Positions 39,762 through 42,322 of a stretch of DNA of 42,322 nt are shown here, piece after piece; positions within the stretch are counted from its first letter, which is position 1; each line of letters opens with the position of its first letter. Below the pieces are notes generated by a model. It saw nothing but the letters and a program-made list of their open reading frames with translations. It was not told the origin of the DNA and searched no databases. Location of the stretch: positions 1-42,322 of the forward strand of contig JAUHZG010000003.1 of the NCBI GenBank assembly GCA_030425845.1, read 5' to 3'. The DNA comes from Gammaproteobacteria bacterium. Lineage in GTDB: Bacteria > Pseudomonadota > Gammaproteobacteria > JAUHZG01. The position numbers and the translations under genes were made by a program.

Positions 39762-40159
39762 CTCTTGGTTAACAGTACGGTGTGCGCATCAATGATCGTA
39801 ATACGCGTCTTTTTATAAAGACTTTTCATGGTAAATTGCCATTGATGCGCTTTATTTTGAGCGTATTTAAATAAGATATTATCGACATAAGCGCCCGGCT
39901 TTGTTTTATCGAATACCATGATGTGCCCATCAATTTCATGTGAGCCAGGATCGGGCAACATCTGAATATAGCCGTTGGCGGGCATGGGATTGTTAGCACA
40001 ATAGCCGCCGATAACTTGTGAGCACTCAATGACATTTCCTGTGCCATTATTAATATTACCGTAGTAACCGGATTCGGATACAGCAAAGCGTCCTGTGGCA
40101 CAGGCGCTAAGCGTGACGGCAAGTCCTAACAAAGCAGTGGCAAAAGTTAATTTTTTCAT
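39758..40159 (-). CDS. Hypothetical lipoprotein
   Basis: MKKLTFATALLGLAVTLSA-C lipobox; AGGAG SD. Confidence 0.75.
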   Translation of the reverse strand: MKKLTFATALLGLAVTLSACATGRFAVSESGYYGNINNGTGNVIECSQVIGGYCANNPMPANGYIQMLPDPGSHEIDGHIMVFDKTKPGAYVDNILFKYAQNKAHQWQFTMKSLYKKTRITIIDAHTVLLTKS

Positions 40160-40270
40160 CGTTTTCTCCTTAAATTGTTAACCTGGTTCAGTCTAGAGAG
40201 GGAATGCCAATAAGTCTCATTGGAATCGTCTATCAGCGTGATAGTGTGAAGCTTAGTCTAACGAATGGAA

Positions 40271-41179
40271 TTAAATCGGACACACAGTTGAGAGTGAAGC
40301 GGATTTCAGTGCAGTGATCACCGCATCAATGGCTTTCGTACGTGGGAAGGAGTTGCGCCAGGCCAGCGCGACCGTACGTTTAGGTCTTTTAGACTTGAAA
40401 GGTTTCACACATAAACTGCGTGTGTAATATCTCACGGAAGTCGCTGTCGCGGGCAAGATAGTGATCCCCATGCCGGAGGCAACCATGTGACGTAGCGTTT
40501 CTAACGAAGTACCGGCAACCGTTTGTTGTAACTCATTAGGGTTATAGCATTGCGGACAGGTTTCTAAGATATTATCACGAAAGCAGTGACCTTCGCCTAG
40601 CAATAAAGTGTTTGAACCCACTAAGTCATTCGCATCGACAGCTGATTTCTTGGCGAGGGGGTGGGATTTTGGCATCAGTACTACAAAGGGCTCTTCATAC
40701 AATTGTCGTGTGACGACAGCGGGCTCACTAAATGGTAAGGCAATAAATATCGCGTCTAATTCGCCATGCTGTAACTTCACACGTAAGTTGCGGGTGAAGT
40801 CTTCTTGTATGATGAGCGGCATGTTGGGCGCAACCTTTTTTAACTCTGGGATCAGCGAGGGAAACAAATAAGGCGCGACAGTGTAGATCCCACCGAGTCG
40901 CAAGGGGGTGTCGAGCTGATGCGTCGAGCCTTCGGCGATGTCTTTAAAGGTTTCGGCTTCTTCTAATACGCGCTTTGCTTGCACGATAAGACGTGCACCG
41001 ATTTCAGTGATACGTAAGCTATTTTTTTGACGTTCGAAGATGGCGACGCCGAGAGACTTTTCCAGTTTGGTGATAGCGACACTTAAGGTAGGTTGACTGA
41101 CAAAGCAACGTTTAGCGGCCTTGCCAAAGTGTTTCTCTTCGGATAAAGCTAAGATGTATTTGAGCTCGGTGAGAGTCAT
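40271..41179 (-). CDS. oxyR: LysR-family hydrogen peroxide sensor OxyR
   Basis: HFGKAAKRCFVSQPTLS helix-turn-helix; redox pair GHCFRDNILETC; TSLETLRHMVASG. Confidence 0.9.
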   Translation of the reverse strand: MTLTELKYILALSEEKHFGKAAKRCFVSQPTLSVAITKLEKSLGVAIFERQKNSLRITEIGARLIVQAKRVLEEAETFKDIAEGSTHQLDTPLRLGGIYTVAPYLFPSLIPELKKVAPNMPLIIQEDFTRNLRVKLQHGELDAIFIALPFSEPAVVTRQLYEEPFVVLMPKSHPLAKKSAVDANDLVGSNTLLLGEGHCFRDNILETCPQCYNPNELQQTVAGTSLETLRHMVASGMGITILPATATSVRYYTRSLCVKPFKSKRPKRTVALAWRNSFPRTKAIDAVITALKSASLSTVCPI

Positions 41180-41317
41180 TGATAGTCCCCGGCTATTATG
41201 AAATCTCTATTGATAGATAATAGCAACCAATGGCTAATTCTTGCAAGAAGATTGACGCTTTATTTTTGAGGTGATAACGCTGTAGAATAATTAGATTAAA
41301 ATAAGCCAGGGCCTGCG

Positions 41318-41965
41318 ATGACCGATAGACAACAATTTTCACTTATATGGCTGGCAGTGCTTAGCATGGTCGCGATGGTCGTGGCAGATACCCTGACCTA
41401 TAAGCTCTTTACGTTATTTGGCTTAGTGCTTTCTGTGTCGTTAGTGGTTTTTCCTATTACTTATTGTATTAGTGATGTGGTGGTGGAAGTCTATGGCCAG
41501 CGTGTGGCGATGATGTTGATGGCGGCAACGTTGGTGGGTGATTTATTATTTGATGGTTCGCTTTCATTCTCTAGCCTCTATTCTTCGGCGGCCAATACAC
41601 AAGCTTTTTCCCATGCGTATTATACAGTGTTGCATCCACTGTGGCGTGTGTTCACTGGTAATATTATCGCGCTTATTGCAGGCTTTGTGATTAATATTAG
41701 CTTAATGGATAAGCTTCGACGCCACGCACATTTTAAGTCATTTATCGCGCGCAGTATCTTCTCTACATTTTGTGGGGAGTTGGTCTTCACGTCTATTGGT
41801 TATTGTATTTGGTTTTATCACAAGCGCTCTGACTTACAGATTGCGTTTATGATAGCTGGCTCGATGGGCTTTAAGGTGGTGTTTGCCAGTGTGATGGCGC
41901 TACCGGCGAGTGCGATAGCGCGTTGGGTGGCAAGTGGTGAGCTGTCAATCCAAAGACCAGATTAA
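41318..41965 (+). CDS. VUT/YhhQ family (queuosine precursor) transporter
   Basis: VFPITYCISDVVVEVYG, ARSIFSTFCGE; about 6 TM segments. Confidence 0.8.
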   Translation: MTDRQQFSLIWLAVLSMVAMVVADTLTYKLFTLFGLVLSVSLVVFPITYCISDVVVEVYGQRVAMMLMAATLVGDLLFDGSLSFSSLYSSAANTQAFSHAYYTVLHPLWRVFTGNIIALIAGFVINISLMDKLRRHAHFKSFIARSIFSTFCGELVFTSIGYCIWFYHKRSDLQIAFMIAGSMGFKVVFASVMALPASAIARWVASGELSIQRPD

Positions 41966-42322
41966 GTTGAGGCTACCTAAGTAAGTGGTAAATGGTTTCT
42001 TTGCGAAGAAAGCGTTAGCTTGTGTTGCTAGAGCTAGATTTTGGGTCAGCTTAACGCTAAGAGCAATCGCAGACGATAGCCCGGCGGCCGTTCCATCAAA
42101 TTTTTCTCTGTCAGGGAGCTGGCCTGGGTTGGTGGGGGCACTATTGGTGATCACCACATCCCGCTGCATAAGCCCCGGTCCTAGTTTAACGATAAAAGCC
42201 GCATGTCCAGGTAGTGTCAAGTCTTGTGAGAATAGCGCGTCGAGTGTTACAAGCCAGGCACAAGACTTTTGTACGGTTGTGACAGGGAAGCTTGCTATGT
42301 CAAAGGTGTTTCCCTTGGTTGA
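41945..42322 (-). CDS. C-terminal part of a probable outer-membrane beta-barrel protein (5' end outside window)
   Basis: Frame is open from 42322 to the stop at 41945; alternating hydrophobic strands ending YLGSLNLIWSLD. Confidence 0.5.
   Translation of the reverse strand, partial: STKGNTFDIASFPVTTVQKSCAWLVTLDALFSQDLTLPGHAAFIVKLGPGLMQRDVVITNSAPTNPGQLPDREKFDGTAAGLSSAIALSVKLTQNLALATQANAFFAKKPFTTYLGSLNLIWSLD

Noticed and set aside
41180-41317. preQ1 riboswitch upstream of the VUT transporter
   Set aside because: No preQ1-like stem with A-rich tail recognised; the region looks like divergent promoters.

Overview
A 42.3-kb chromosomal segment of a gammaproteobacterium. Gene content (Pht-like MFS, patatin, orphan effector-like ORFs with PmrA-type boxes, TPR-methyltransferase) suggests a Legionellales/Coxiellaceae-like host-associated organism; this is inference, not a taxonomic match. 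The backbone is housekeeping: trkH (partial), rpmE, two xth paralogues, dut-coaBC, rplU-rpmA-obgE, rpsT, glnA, an alkB-like gene, rdgB and oxyR. Non-routine features: (1) a nested fold-back MITE family, with two ~163-bp copies carrying 17-bp terminal inverted repeats and 5-bp ATNAT target duplications (one reads in frame through a small ORF) plus a stand-alone 33-bp terminal module; (2) three AAA+ ATPase/DUF4143/PD-(D/E)xK genes within 6.6 kb, one 5'-truncated and one preceded by three helically phased 32-bp palindromic repeats; (3) two orphan genes with PmrA-box-like promoters of identical spacing; (4) degenerate GTAG-type REPs; (5) a hairpin plus U-tract leader before a PanG-like gene; (6) a frameshifted GAF/degenerate-GGDEF gene. 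No rRNA, tRNA, CRISPR array, transposase or integrase was recognised. All calls are by eye; no database search was run.
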